From: Parcubacteria bacterium C7867-007
GTDB taxonomy: Bacteria; Patescibacteriota; Minisyncoccia; Phycocordibacterales; Phycocordibacteraceae
Assembly: GCA_001189195.1 (NCBI GenBank)
Contig: LFCQ01000006.1
Coordinates: 122,841 to 170,134 of the forward strand
Direction of reading: 5' to 3'
DNA length: 47,294 nucleotides
Shown here: piece after piece, positions 20,267 through 28,459 of the stretch
How the letters are laid out: each line of letters begins with the position of its first letter
Numbering within the stretch: position 1 is the stretch's first letter
The notes under the pieces: model-generated
What the model was told of the DNA's origin: nothing
The model's input: only the letters and a program-made list of their open reading frames with translations
The model's database searches: none
Made by a program: the position numbers and the translations under genes

Positions 20267-20294
20267 GTGATCCTAACGGGAAATAATTGGAACC
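20267..20294 (-). repeat. Degenerate copy of the tRNA-Glu 3' end (att-like site)
   Basis: gtgatcctaacgggaaataattggaacc versus gtgaccctacggggaatcgaacc at 21196. Confidence 0.5.
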
Positions 20295-20381
20295 GGTTTC
20301 TGAGGCAGATACAGGATTTTAGGGTATTGAAACAGCAAAAACCCCAGACGGATTGTCTGGGGTTGCGAACGTACGTGCAGC

Positions 20382-21134
20382 TTATCGCTTGAGCCCTTTC
20401 GAACCCCACGGCCGCCTTACGAGCGACCAAAGGTAGTAGGGAGTGCTGATCGTGGCGCTCGCCGCTTTGAACTGTTCCCAAAACATGGATTCAGATCTCG
20501 GGAAGGTGTAGTGCGGAGGGAAACTAGTGACCTGAAGTTCGGAGAAAGGCCCTTTGTTCAGGTAGGGAATCGTCTTCCCAATGAAACCCCAAACATTCTC
20601 CGCAATCTTCTCAGGAGAAGTGCGCTCCTCGGGAGCGTAGAGCTGAGTCATGTTCTTGCAGGTTCGATACCTGAAGTCTGGGAATAGGGTTTCGTCAGGC
20701 CCGCAATTGTGGTGCGGAACCTTTCGGTATTCACCGCCCCAAGTATCTTCTCTAATTTCACTGCGGGGGACTTTTTCAAAGACGCCGATTGATGTCTTCA
20801 TGACGAGCTCGCGAACTGGAAGGAATTCGTAGTCGAACACAGCATCCCAGTGTCCCTCGACAGAATTAGAAGGTTCATTCCAATCACAGGCGTCCTCGTT
20901 GTAAGCGAGGGTCACGATAAGGCACGTATTCGGGTAATGGAAGAACAAACGTGTGTCGCGAGCCTGAGTTACAGACACGTGATACTTCACTTCGTCGGTC
21001 TGCTCAGTGGTGACGCGGGAGAAGAGCACGAAGCCCTTCTTATTCATTTCCGCGATCACTTGTTCGAAATAGGTTTCATCAACCAGATTCGTCATAGCTT
21101 TCTCCAAGTGCAGATGCAGCTTTGCCCGCTGCAT
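20382..21134 (-). CDS. Hypothetical protein (250 aa)
   Basis: Long ORF with protein-like composition; downstream hairpin aaccccagac..gtctggggtt (~20340-20364). Confidence 0.6.
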   Translation of the reverse strand: MQRAKLHLHLEKAMTNLVDETYFEQVIAEMNKKGFVLFSRVTTEQTDEVKYHVSVTQARDTRLFFHYPNTCLIVTLAYNEDACDWNEPSNSVEGHWDAVFDYEFLPVRELVMKTSIGVFEKVPRSEIREDTWGGEYRKVPHHNCGPDETLFPDFRYRTCKNMTQLYAPEERTSPEKIAENVWGFIGKTIPYLNKGPFSELQVTSFPPHYTFPRSESMFWEQFKAASATISTPYYLWSLVRRPWGSKGLKR

Positions 21135-21196
21135 AAGGCCGACACACTGTATGTCTGTATTTATAGTAGCACTTTTATATTAAAAGTCAATATTTG

Positions 21197-21268
21197 TGAC
21201 CCTACGGGGAATCGAACCCCGATTTCAGCCGTGAAAGGGCCGCGTCCTAACCGTTAGACGATAGGGCC
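21197..21268 (-). tRNA. tRNA-Glu(TTC)
   Basis: Reverse complement GGCCCTATCGTCTAACGGTTAGGACG-CGGCC-CTTTCAC-GGCTG...CGGGG-TTCGATT-CCCCG-TAGGGTCA. Confidence 0.95.
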
Positions 21269-21341
21269 TTGTATGAAGGCAGCACCTGCCTATCCTAGCA
21301 TTTTTCACCCCAAAAATGCTAGGATACCAAAGTTAATCAAG

Positions 21342-21428
21342 GGAGAGGTGTCAGAGTGGTCGAATGAACCGGTTTCGAAAACCGGCAGGGGTGAAAACTC
21401 CTCGGGAGTTCGAATCTCCCCCTCTCCG
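21342..21428 (+). tRNA. tRNA-Ser(CGA)
   Basis: GGAGAGG/CCTCTCC acceptor, CCGGT-TTCGAAA-ACCGG anticodon arm, long variable arm, GGGAG-TTCGAAT-CTCCC, G discriminator. Confidence 0.95.
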
Positions 21429-21537
21429 CCGGATTGAGCGCTAGTGTTTAGCGTCCGTTTCCCCTCAAAGGGCGATGGGACGCCGAACTAGCGCCAAAAG
21501 AAATGACAGCCGACACTGGTCGGAGTAGTCTTTTAAG

Positions 21538-22779
21538 ATGTCTGATGAATATAAGAATCATCACTACGTTCCGCAGTGGTACCAGAAGAAATTCATGCTC
21601 CCAGGCGAGCACGAGCTATTTCATCTCGATATGAAGCCGGATACCTTTGCCGACCCGCGCGGCATAGTCCATACGAGGAAAGCGGTTAAACGACAAGGTA
21701 GCAAAATGTGTTTTGTCGAAGAGGATCTATACACCACGAGGATTAGGGGCATTGAAACAAAGGATATCGAGAAGCACTTCTTCGGCACTATTGATACAAA
21801 AGGTCGCCCAGCAGTTGAGTACTTCGAGAATTTTGGCTATCCATTGAAAGACTGGGGTACGTCTCTTGAAGACATCATGCGTTATATGAGTACGCAAAAA
21901 CTCAGGACTCCGAAGGGTCTTTCGTTCCTGAGCGAGCAAATTGGTACTTCAGATAGGGACGCAACTCTACGGACGATGCTACGACTCCGGAACATCCATG
22001 GTGCCATTTGGATGGAATGCGTGTGGCTCATCGCTGATGCATCGCAATCGGACACTAAGTTCATTGTCTCCGATCATCCAGTCACGGTATATAACCGTGA
22101 ATGCGGTCCGCGCTCTGATTGGTGTCGCGGGTCGAATGATCCCGAAATATGGCTTCAAGGAACTCACACGGTTTTCCCGCTTTCAATCGACAAGGTGCTT
22201 ATCCTCACGAACCTCTCGTGGGTCAGGAATCCATATCAAAAAGCGACGAACTTCCGACCTAACCCGAATCCTTTTCGCAACGCCATTTTCAAGTTCACTG
22301 ATGTTCAGGTGTTACGGCACTTGAGCGAACAGGAAGTACGCGAGATAAATTTCATCATTAAGAGCCGCGCGGCACGGTACATTGCCGCTGCGAAAGAAGA
22401 ATGGCTCTACCCTGAGCGACATGTGTCAAAATCGAACTGGAATACCTACGGCAATGGGTACTTGCTCATGCCAGATCCGCGCCCAATTCATTGGGGTGGA
22501 ACCATTATGTGGGGTGGTGGTCCAGGTGGATCGGGAGCAATGGACGAATATGGAAGATTGCCAGGTGATCCCGATTTTGAATCGGAAACCAATAAGGGTA
22601 CAGAACATCAAACACTTCCTTGGTTCCAAGGAGAGTTTGCGAATATGATCGGTCCGTATCGACGCGGACGCTCTATGCAAGCATTACAGATGGATAACGA
22701 ACGCGATAGTGACGAATTCCATCAGTATCATCTTGGACTTCAGAAAAAGCGTTACAAGAATCGCAACAGAAAGAACTAA
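21538..22779 (+). CDS. DUF4238 domain protein
   Basis: N-terminal NHHYVPQWYQKKF, DLYT, IEKHFFGTID, FIVSDHPV, VFPLS motifs. Confidence 0.8.
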   Translation: MSDEYKNHHYVPQWYQKKFMLPGEHELFHLDMKPDTFADPRGIVHTRKAVKRQGSKMCFVEEDLYTTRIRGIETKDIEKHFFGTIDTKGRPAVEYFENFGYPLKDWGTSLEDIMRYMSTQKLRTPKGLSFLSEQIGTSDRDATLRTMLRLRNIHGAIWMECVWLIADASQSDTKFIVSDHPVTVYNRECGPRSDWCRGSNDPEIWLQGTHTVFPLSIDKVLILTNLSWVRNPYQKATNFRPNPNPFRNAIFKFTDVQVLRHLSEQEVREINFIIKSRAARYIAAAKEEWLYPERHVSKSNWNTYGNGYLLMPDPRPIHWGGTIMWGGGPGGSGAMDEYGRLPGDPDFESETNKGTEHQTLPWFQGEFANMIGPYRRGRSMQALQMDNERDSDEFHQYHLGLQKKRYKNRNRKN

Positions 22780-22882
22780 CAATTCCTTTCAAGCGAAGCT
22801 GTTTGTCCACAAGTATCCGCGCTTCTCATCTAGCACATGTTTCAATGTATCTATGGTCACCCCCGAAGGGGTAACCGTGGAT

Positions 22883-23032
22883 CTACTTTTTCTTACCTGT
22901 GTCGCCGTATCCCGGCTTGGGGACACGTTCGACGACATGGGTGTTCGGCTGTGAACGAGCTTCCTTCACAGTAGTGAATTCACCTGTCTTCGCATCACGA
23001 CCCTTGAGAGTGGTTTTTGGTTCCTTGCTCAT
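22883..23032 (-). CDS. Small basic protein (49 aa, GRDAKTGEF motif)
   Basis: MSKEPKTTLKGRDAKTGEFTTVKEARSQPNTHVVERVPKPGYGDTGKKK; followed by a cUUCGg-capped hairpin (~22852-22880). Confidence 0.7.
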   Translation of the reverse strand: MSKEPKTTLKGRDAKTGEFTTVKEARSQPNTHVVERVPKPGYGDTGKKK

Positions 23033-23183
23033 GGCAGTCATTGTAGTTGGTTAATAAGTTCGACGTCGACCTCGCCGGGTCTGTAGCAGCAAGAACGTCG
23101 AACCTATTCCTTCAGGAGTGCCCATAGGTACACTGATTTTAAGGAACAATTTGAATATATTTTATCAAGCGTATTGAAAGATG

Positions 23184-24506
23184 CTACTCCTCCAGCTTTA
23201 GCATCTTCTGGCTCAAGACCAACCGACTCTTAATACAGAGCAACAACTCACGCTTCTCCGTCACACTACCTTCCTTCAAGAGATACATCGCATACCCACG
23301 CAGATCGATCTCCTCATCCGGCTCAACACCTGATGCTCCAGCAAAGCTCCGCTGGAACTTCCGCATACGTTCGACCTCAGCCTCAAATTTTTGCCTCATC
23401 GTAATACGGTTCAGATCGATATTATCCATGATCTTTACGAGTTGTTCGATCAACTCTTCCTCTCGGATATACCCGCCCTTACATGCGAGGTCTCGCGCCT
23501 TGGTACATCCGTAATAGACATAGCGGTTCGAGGTGCCGTCTTTTAACTTTTTAAATTTCTCGTCAGCAGAGATACCCGAGCCGCAGTCTCCGCACATCAT
23601 GAGCTTGGTAAAGGCGAACTCCTTTATGTCAGAACGCACGATGCGGTCTCGCTTTAGTTGCTCTTGAGCGCGGTCAAACATCTCCTTGGTAATAAGCGGC
23701 TCATGCTTGCCCTGATACCAGTTGCCGGATTTTTCCGGGTACTCGAAGACACCATAGTAGAAAGGATTTTGCAGAACGAGGTACACGCTAGATAGCGTCA
23801 TATTCTTATTCGCACGGCTCGTGAAGTTCAAGTCAAACTTAAGCCATTGGTGGATACGCCTGCCGCTCCATTTCTCATTCACGCACTTTTCGAAGATCTG
23901 TTTGATGACTGGTGCGCGGAGCGGGTCGATAGCCGCGTGGCACTTCTTGTCGGCATACTTCTCGTTGCTGTATCCCACCGGTGCAACACCTGGGCGCAGA
24001 CCCATCTCACAGCGCGTCCTCAGACCACGCTTTACGTTCACGCCTCGATTGTCGTTCTCAAGCTTTGCCTGTGAACCCAGAATCATGAGAAGGAACTTCT
24101 CACTCGGGCTATTACTAAATCGCTGGCCAAACGTGCGTATCTCATGGAGCTTACCTGCATCCATAAGATCAACGATCTTGCCTAGATCACCGGCGTTACG
24201 CGAGATACGGTCTGGTGCCCAGGTAAGGATACCGTTGAATTTCCCTGCATTCAGTTCTTCGATGATCTCGTTGAAGATTGGTCGCTGACCCGTCTCCTTA
24301 GCCGAGTGCGATTCGCGCTTCATGGTCACAACCTCCAGTCCTTCGCGATCCGCGAGTTGGAGCATTTCCTTGATCTGACTGTCTATGGATAGTATCTGCC
24401 GTTCCTCGCTCTCTGTACTCTTACGGGCATACAGACAGTACGTGACCCTAATAGGAGCCTCTATTTGTTTAGCCGGAAATCCCGTCGGCGCTTGTATCGT
24501 ATTCAT
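23184..24506 (-). CDS. Large serine recombinase (resolvase, recombinase and zinc-ribbon domains)
   Basis: YCLYARKSTE (catalytic Ser), SIDSQ, DRISRN, NPFYYG, GKHEPLIT, CGDCG...YYGC. Confidence 0.93.
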   Translation of the reverse strand: MNTIQAPTGFPAKQIEAPIRVTYCLYARKSTESEERQILSIDSQIKEMLQLADREGLEVVTMKRESHSAKETGQRPIFNEIIEELNAGKFNGILTWAPDRISRNAGDLGKIVDLMDAGKLHEIRTFGQRFSNSPSEKFLLMILGSQAKLENDNRGVNVKRGLRTRCEMGLRPGVAPVGYSNEKYADKKCHAAIDPLRAPVIKQIFEKCVNEKWSGRRIHQWLKFDLNFTSRANKNMTLSSVYLVLQNPFYYGVFEYPEKSGNWYQGKHEPLITKEMFDRAQEQLKRDRIVRSDIKEFAFTKLMMCGDCGSGISADEKFKKLKDGTSNRYVYYGCTKARDLACKGGYIREEELIEQLVKIMDNIDLNRITMRQKFEAEVERMRKFQRSFAGASGVEPDEEIDLRGYAMYLLKEGSVTEKRELLLCIKSRLVLSQKMLKLEE

Positions 24507-24525
24507 ATACTTAAGGCACCTGGGT

Positions 24526-24765
24526 TTAGTCCAAGAACTTTGGGTTCGGATTTATGCCTACTACTTCTCGCGTATCCTGTTTTATAATCCTTCCACAATC
24601 AGCGCAGACATATAGCCCGTCCCAGTCGCTACCGATGAGCGGTTCCATCTCATCCCCGTTCTTGTCGCATGGATAGAATCCTCCGTATGCAGCCATATTG
24701 CGACATATACAAATCCAAACCTCCTCATCTCCTGATTCGTAACTAATATATTCCTTGGTTTCCAT
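24526..24765 (-). CDS. Small Cys-rich (putative Zn-binding) protein
   Basis: WICICRN...GFYPCD...YVCADCGRII; 20 nt upstream of and co-oriented with the recombinase. Confidence 0.65.
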   Translation of the reverse strand: METKEYISYESGDEEVWICICRNMAAYGGFYPCDKNGDEMEPLIGSDWDGLYVCADCGRIIKQDTREVVGINPNPKFLD

Positions 24766-24912
24766 AGGTTTGGTTCAAATTTTTAATCAAGGGAAAGGCT
24801 CCAAAAGCCTCCTCTGCCCTCATATCTAATGGATGACGGAGATTCCCTCAGGTGTCTAGAGCGTCCGACTTACCCTCTAGAGACAACCGATATTAGGCTA
24901 TAAAATGTCCTT

Positions 24913-26289
24913 ATGGACAGTAAGGCTAACCTTAAATCCTATCAGCACTACGCAGACCTCTACGATCGCTTCACCGTCGAACGGTGCCGCGAGCTTGAAG
25001 CACTCTCTATTCGCGAGATAACCGACGAGGAACTACCGGAAGGCATCACTAAGGAGCGAGCCGGAGCAATAATGAAATGGGCGTGCGACATGCGTGTGCG
25101 TTTTACTGCTGGAGAACGATATCTTAAGCGCGAAGAAACCATCCGTGATTGGATGGACAGAGATCGGAAGAAAGACGAGCTGTATGAGTCAGCTGAAGCT
25201 CCTGAAGACATCCGATGCCTCACATGCCGTAACCGCATGAAGCCAACTTGCAAGGACTTGTGGGATTTGGATGACAAAGAGCGTGTCTTATTCATGTACG
25301 ACTGTCCGAATCAGTGCATGCCACGTCGGGCATTTTTTAATGATGGAGAGGAATGGCGCACCAAGCCAAAGCTTTGTGTGAATTGCACCGAGCCTGTTAT
25401 CACAACCTCCGAAGAACGTCCTAACGGATATGCCACAGTCAATACCTGTACTGAATGCGGTCACTTACAGACTGATGAGCACGAATGGCACAAAGAAGAA
25501 GATGTATATGACGAGAACTTTGCCAAAGACCGTGACCGCTTCTGTCTCACCGAGGAAGAAGGAAAGAAATTCCAGGAGGAAAAATGGAACTTAGAACGAT
25601 TAGGAAAGTTTAATAAGGAGTGGGAGGAGAAACAAGAACGCTTAAAGAAGAGACTTGATGAGAACCCAAAGGGCTTCCATCTTGAAGGCGCAGGGTACAC
25701 CTGTGCCATCTGTCGGACCGATACTCCTGAAGGCGACAATTGGTATGACGACCACGGCATTAAATGCCTAGTCTGCCAGAAAGCTATTGATGAGGGCGAG
25801 ATACCGGCAACGGTAGCAAGTGACAAGGAAAGTTGGTATTCGAAGTACGATCTTGAGGATCGGTTCAGTCTTAAAGGGGCGACGCTTCGCACATGGCTTA
25901 AGGAAGGAATTATCAAGTCCCGCATTGTTTCTCATTACGGCAAAGGCACCCACTACGAACTGTTCCTCATTGAGGATAATAAAGAATTTCTACCGCCTAA
26001 GGAGTTAACTAAATCCCAGTTCGGAAATGAGATAATCAATGGAGAGAAACGACAACGGCTTTACCCATGGTACCGCTTTGTCGATCCTTTTGAGCATCTG
26101 AAGGACTATGGAATTATTAAGCATATGCGTGTCGTACCAGAAGATGAGATGAGAGAGCGTGAGGAAGCAAAGAAAAAGAAGGAAGAGGAACGAACGAAGA
26201 GATGGGAGGAAAAGCGAGCACGAAGAAAGCTAATAAAGAAAGCTCCAAGGAAAAGAAAGAAGACCAATCCTCCAAAGGAGGATGTCTAG
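24913..26289 (+). CDS. Multi-CxxC protein with possible MerR/Xis-type HTH and basic tail
   Basis: CLTC, CPNQC, CVNC, CTEC, CAIC, CLVC; YSKYDLEDRFSLKGATLRTWLKEGII. Confidence 0.7.
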   Translation: MDSKANLKSYQHYADLYDRFTVERCRELEALSIREITDEELPEGITKERAGAIMKWACDMRVRFTAGERYLKREETIRDWMDRDRKKDELYESAEAPEDIRCLTCRNRMKPTCKDLWDLDDKERVLFMYDCPNQCMPRRAFFNDGEEWRTKPKLCVNCTEPVITTSEERPNGYATVNTCTECGHLQTDEHEWHKEEDVYDENFAKDRDRFCLTEEEGKKFQEEKWNLERLGKFNKEWEEKQERLKKRLDENPKGFHLEGAGYTCAICRTDTPEGDNWYDDHGIKCLVCQKAIDEGEIPATVASDKESWYSKYDLEDRFSLKGATLRTWLKEGIIKSRIVSHYGKGTHYELFLIEDNKEFLPPKELTKSQFGNEIINGEKRQRLYPWYRFVDPFEHLKDYGIIKHMRVVPEDEMREREEAKKKKEEERTKRWEEKRARRKLIKKAPRKRKKTNPPKEDV

Positions 26290-26413
26290 GTGCCCAAAAC
26301 CTGACCGTCAGTTACCTCGTGCTTAGATATCGCCCTCGAGACGCGTCGATAGTGATATACTTATATTTAGGAAGGTTGTCTTGACTACCCTTATTCTCTC
26401 CTAACTATAAAAT

Positions 26414-26644
26414 ATGAAACCATCCAAATTGATGCATGTGATCAGTGTTATAACAGGTTTCGCAGGAGTTATTACGTTTATAGCCATTGGCTTCGCTTCA
26501 TTCGGTAAAGGCGACGAGCTTGTATTTGGCGTTACGAAAATAGATGCCTTGCTCTGTGTTGTGGTTCTTCTACTTATCGCAACCTGGCTCCAGATCGCAA
26601 CCATTCATCACATGATGCTTGAAAAGAAAGGGGAACTTGTCTAA
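26414..26644 (+). CDS. Small 2-TM membrane protein
   Basis: Two hydrophobic helices, His/Met tail (IHHMM); TTGACT...TAAAAT upstream. Confidence 0.6.
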   Translation: MKPSKLMHVISVITGFAGVITFIAIGFASFGKGDELVFGVTKIDALLCVVVLLLIATWLQIATIHHMMLEKKGELV

Positions 26645-26675
26645 GTGATAGACCTGCCCCGTTTCTACAAATAAT

Positions 26676-27308
26676 ATGTGCTTTTCAGCAACCGCGAGTT
26701 TTGTGGCAGGAGCGGCCTTAACTGGTACGGGTGTCCTGACTATCAAAAAGGCAGAAACTAAAGCGGAAATACCTTTCGCCAGTATTCCGTTCTTGTTTGG
26801 AATCCAACAACTTATTGAAGGCGTGGTGTGGTTGTCTTTCGGAAATGCTGCCGTCAACGTTTTGGCCACCTACTCTTTCTCGTTGTTTTCTCACGTACTC
26901 TGGCCGATACTCGTACCGTTCTCTGTCTTGCTACTTGAGACTAATCCCATACGGAAGAAAATCCTATGGATTTTCTCTATAATCGGATTAATCGTTGGAC
27001 TGTACCTCTTGTACTTCATAGTTACCGAGCCAATTACATCTAAGATTGTAAACAGAAGCATTGCCTACAATTCTCCGCATCTTTTCTTGTATCCAATGCT
27101 GTTCTTCTACTTCCTAGCCACCTGCGTGAGTTGTTTCTTCTCAAGCCATAAAATCATTAACCTATTCGGCATAGTCGCACTCGCTTCTGCCGCAATTGCC
27201 ACGTGGTTCTTTACCGAAACCTTCCTGTCTGTATGGTGTTTCTTTGCCGCAATTCTAAGTGTGCTCGTGTATTGGTTCTTTAAAAAGAAACCTACTAGAG
27301 TCTCTTGA
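26676..27308 (+). CDS. DUF6629-type membrane protein
   Basis: MCFSATASF, QQLIEGVVW, SVWCFFAA motifs. Confidence 0.8.
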   Translation: MCFSATASFVAGAALTGTGVLTIKKAETKAEIPFASIPFLFGIQQLIEGVVWLSFGNAAVNVLATYSFSLFSHVLWPILVPFSVLLLETNPIRKKILWIFSIIGLIVGLYLLYFIVTEPITSKIVNRSIAYNSPHLFLYPMLFFYFLATCVSCFFSSHKIINLFGIVALASAAIATWFFTETFLSVWCFFAAILSVLVYWFFKKKPTRVS

Positions 27309-27747
27309 GAATCTCATTCATCTGGTCGATTTCCTGTTGCTGGCTTTCAATAATGCCTTGGCAGAGCTGCTGAATTTCAGGATCAGTGATGTTCGCTTTC
27401 TCGCACATAAGAACAGCACCTGAGTGATGGGGAATCATAGACTGAAGGAAACCCTTATCTCCCACAAAAGTCTGATACCGAATCATCAGGAAGGACACCA
27501 CGAGAACAATTATTCCGATAAGAATCACAAGCTTGTTAAGTTTTTTGTCCTTGTACATCATGCCCATGAGCATCATCTCTAGAATGAGCATCGGCGCGGA
27601 CATCATAAAGCCCATGTACAGGAAATTGATATTCGGAACGGCGTTTGCAAACGTGTTTACCATGGCGAACATAAGGACGAACATGGCGACAACATGGAGT
27701 CCGGCCATGAGGGCTAGTAGCTGGTATGGTGAGTGTTTCATATTCAT
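27295..27747 (-). CDS. DUF305 domain (CopM-like) membrane protein
   Basis: Met-rich 3-TM N-terminus, FLQSMIPHHSGAVLMC, IIESQQQEIDQM; start may be 27741. Confidence 0.85.
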   Translation of the reverse strand: MNMKHSPYQLLALMAGLHVVAMFVLMFAMVNTFANAVPNINFLYMGFMMSAPMLILEMMLMGMMYKDKKLNKLVILIGIIVLVVSFLMIRYQTFVGDKGFLQSMIPHHSGAVLMCEKANITDPEIQQLCQGIIESQQQEIDQMNEILKRL

Positions 27748-27786
27748 AAGTATACCCCGGCCATTTTTATAGAGTACAATTTTCGT

Positions 27787-28122
27787 ATGCTCAGCATACT
27801 TTTCTTAAAGATAGGTCTCGGGGTAACTTTTGTGCTTACAGGCTTGCTAATATTAAGTAGTAAAGATCGGTGGGTACATATGTTGCCAGGGTGGTTCGCT
27901 AGTCGTTTGTCTTCTACGCGTGGTTTTATGATAGTGACTGCTATTGCCGACATTACTCTTGGGGTGTGGCTCTTAACTGGAATCTTTACAGCCATTGCGG
28001 CTATTCTAGCGGCCATACACCTTCTAGGTGTCCTTATAATTTCAGGCAAGCATGAATTCCATGAGGTCTATCGTGACATAGGGCTCTTATTTGCTGCTGT
28101 GGCCTTGGTATTTTCGGTGTAA
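27787..28122 (+). CDS. DoxX-like membrane protein
   Basis: LKIGLGVTFV, DITLGVWLLTG, YRDIGLL. Confidence 0.7.
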   Translation: MLSILFLKIGLGVTFVLTGLLILSSKDRWVHMLPGWFASRLSSTRGFMIVTAIADITLGVWLLTGIFTAIAAILAAIHLLGVLIISGKHEFHEVYRDIGLLFAAVALVFSV

Positions 28123-28154
28123 ATGACTAGAGGAGTCTAGCTACCAGAACCCTC

Positions 28155-28184
28155 TTGATTAGGTATACCCCTTAGGGGTATCAT
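28155..28184 (+). promoter_or_regulatory. csoR-copA promoter with CsoR-type operator
   Basis: TTGATT (-35), TATCAT (-10); palindrome ATACCCC-TTA-GGGGTAT at 28165-28181 matches the C-tract/G-tract CsoR/RcnR operator type. Confidence 0.8.
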
Positions 28185-28190
28185 AAACTT

Positions 28191-28457
28191 ATGAAGTTAG
28201 AAACTAAGAAGCCAATACAGAATCGTCTTCGCCGCATCGAAGGCCAGATCCGAGGCCTCCAAAAGATGGTTGAGGAAGATACGTACTGCATCGACGTCAT
28301 CACGCAGACCTCTGCCATCAAAAGCGCGCTTTCAAGCGTCGAAGATCTGTTGCTTGAGAACCATCTCGATACCTGCGCTTCTGACCAAATGAAATCTGGG
28401 AACGTCACTAAGGCAAAACAAGAGATTCTTGCGGTATATCGGCTTAAACGTAAATAA
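28191..28457 (+). CDS. csoR: Copper-sensing transcriptional repressor (CsoR/RcnR family)
   Basis: [29 protein letters not shown] (C-H-C Cu ligands). Confidence 0.92.
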   Translation: MKLETKKPIQNRLRRIEGQIRGLQKMVEEDTYCIDVITQTSAIKSALSSVEDLLLENHLDTCASDQMKSGNVTKAKQEILAVYRLKRK

Positions 28458-28459
28458 AT

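Noticed and set aside
28128-28160. agaggagtctagctaccagaaccctct resembles the 5' part of a preQ1-I riboswitch
   Set aside because: Lacks the A-rich 3' tail needed for the pseudoknot, lies upstream of the csoR -35 box, and the context is unrelated to queuosine
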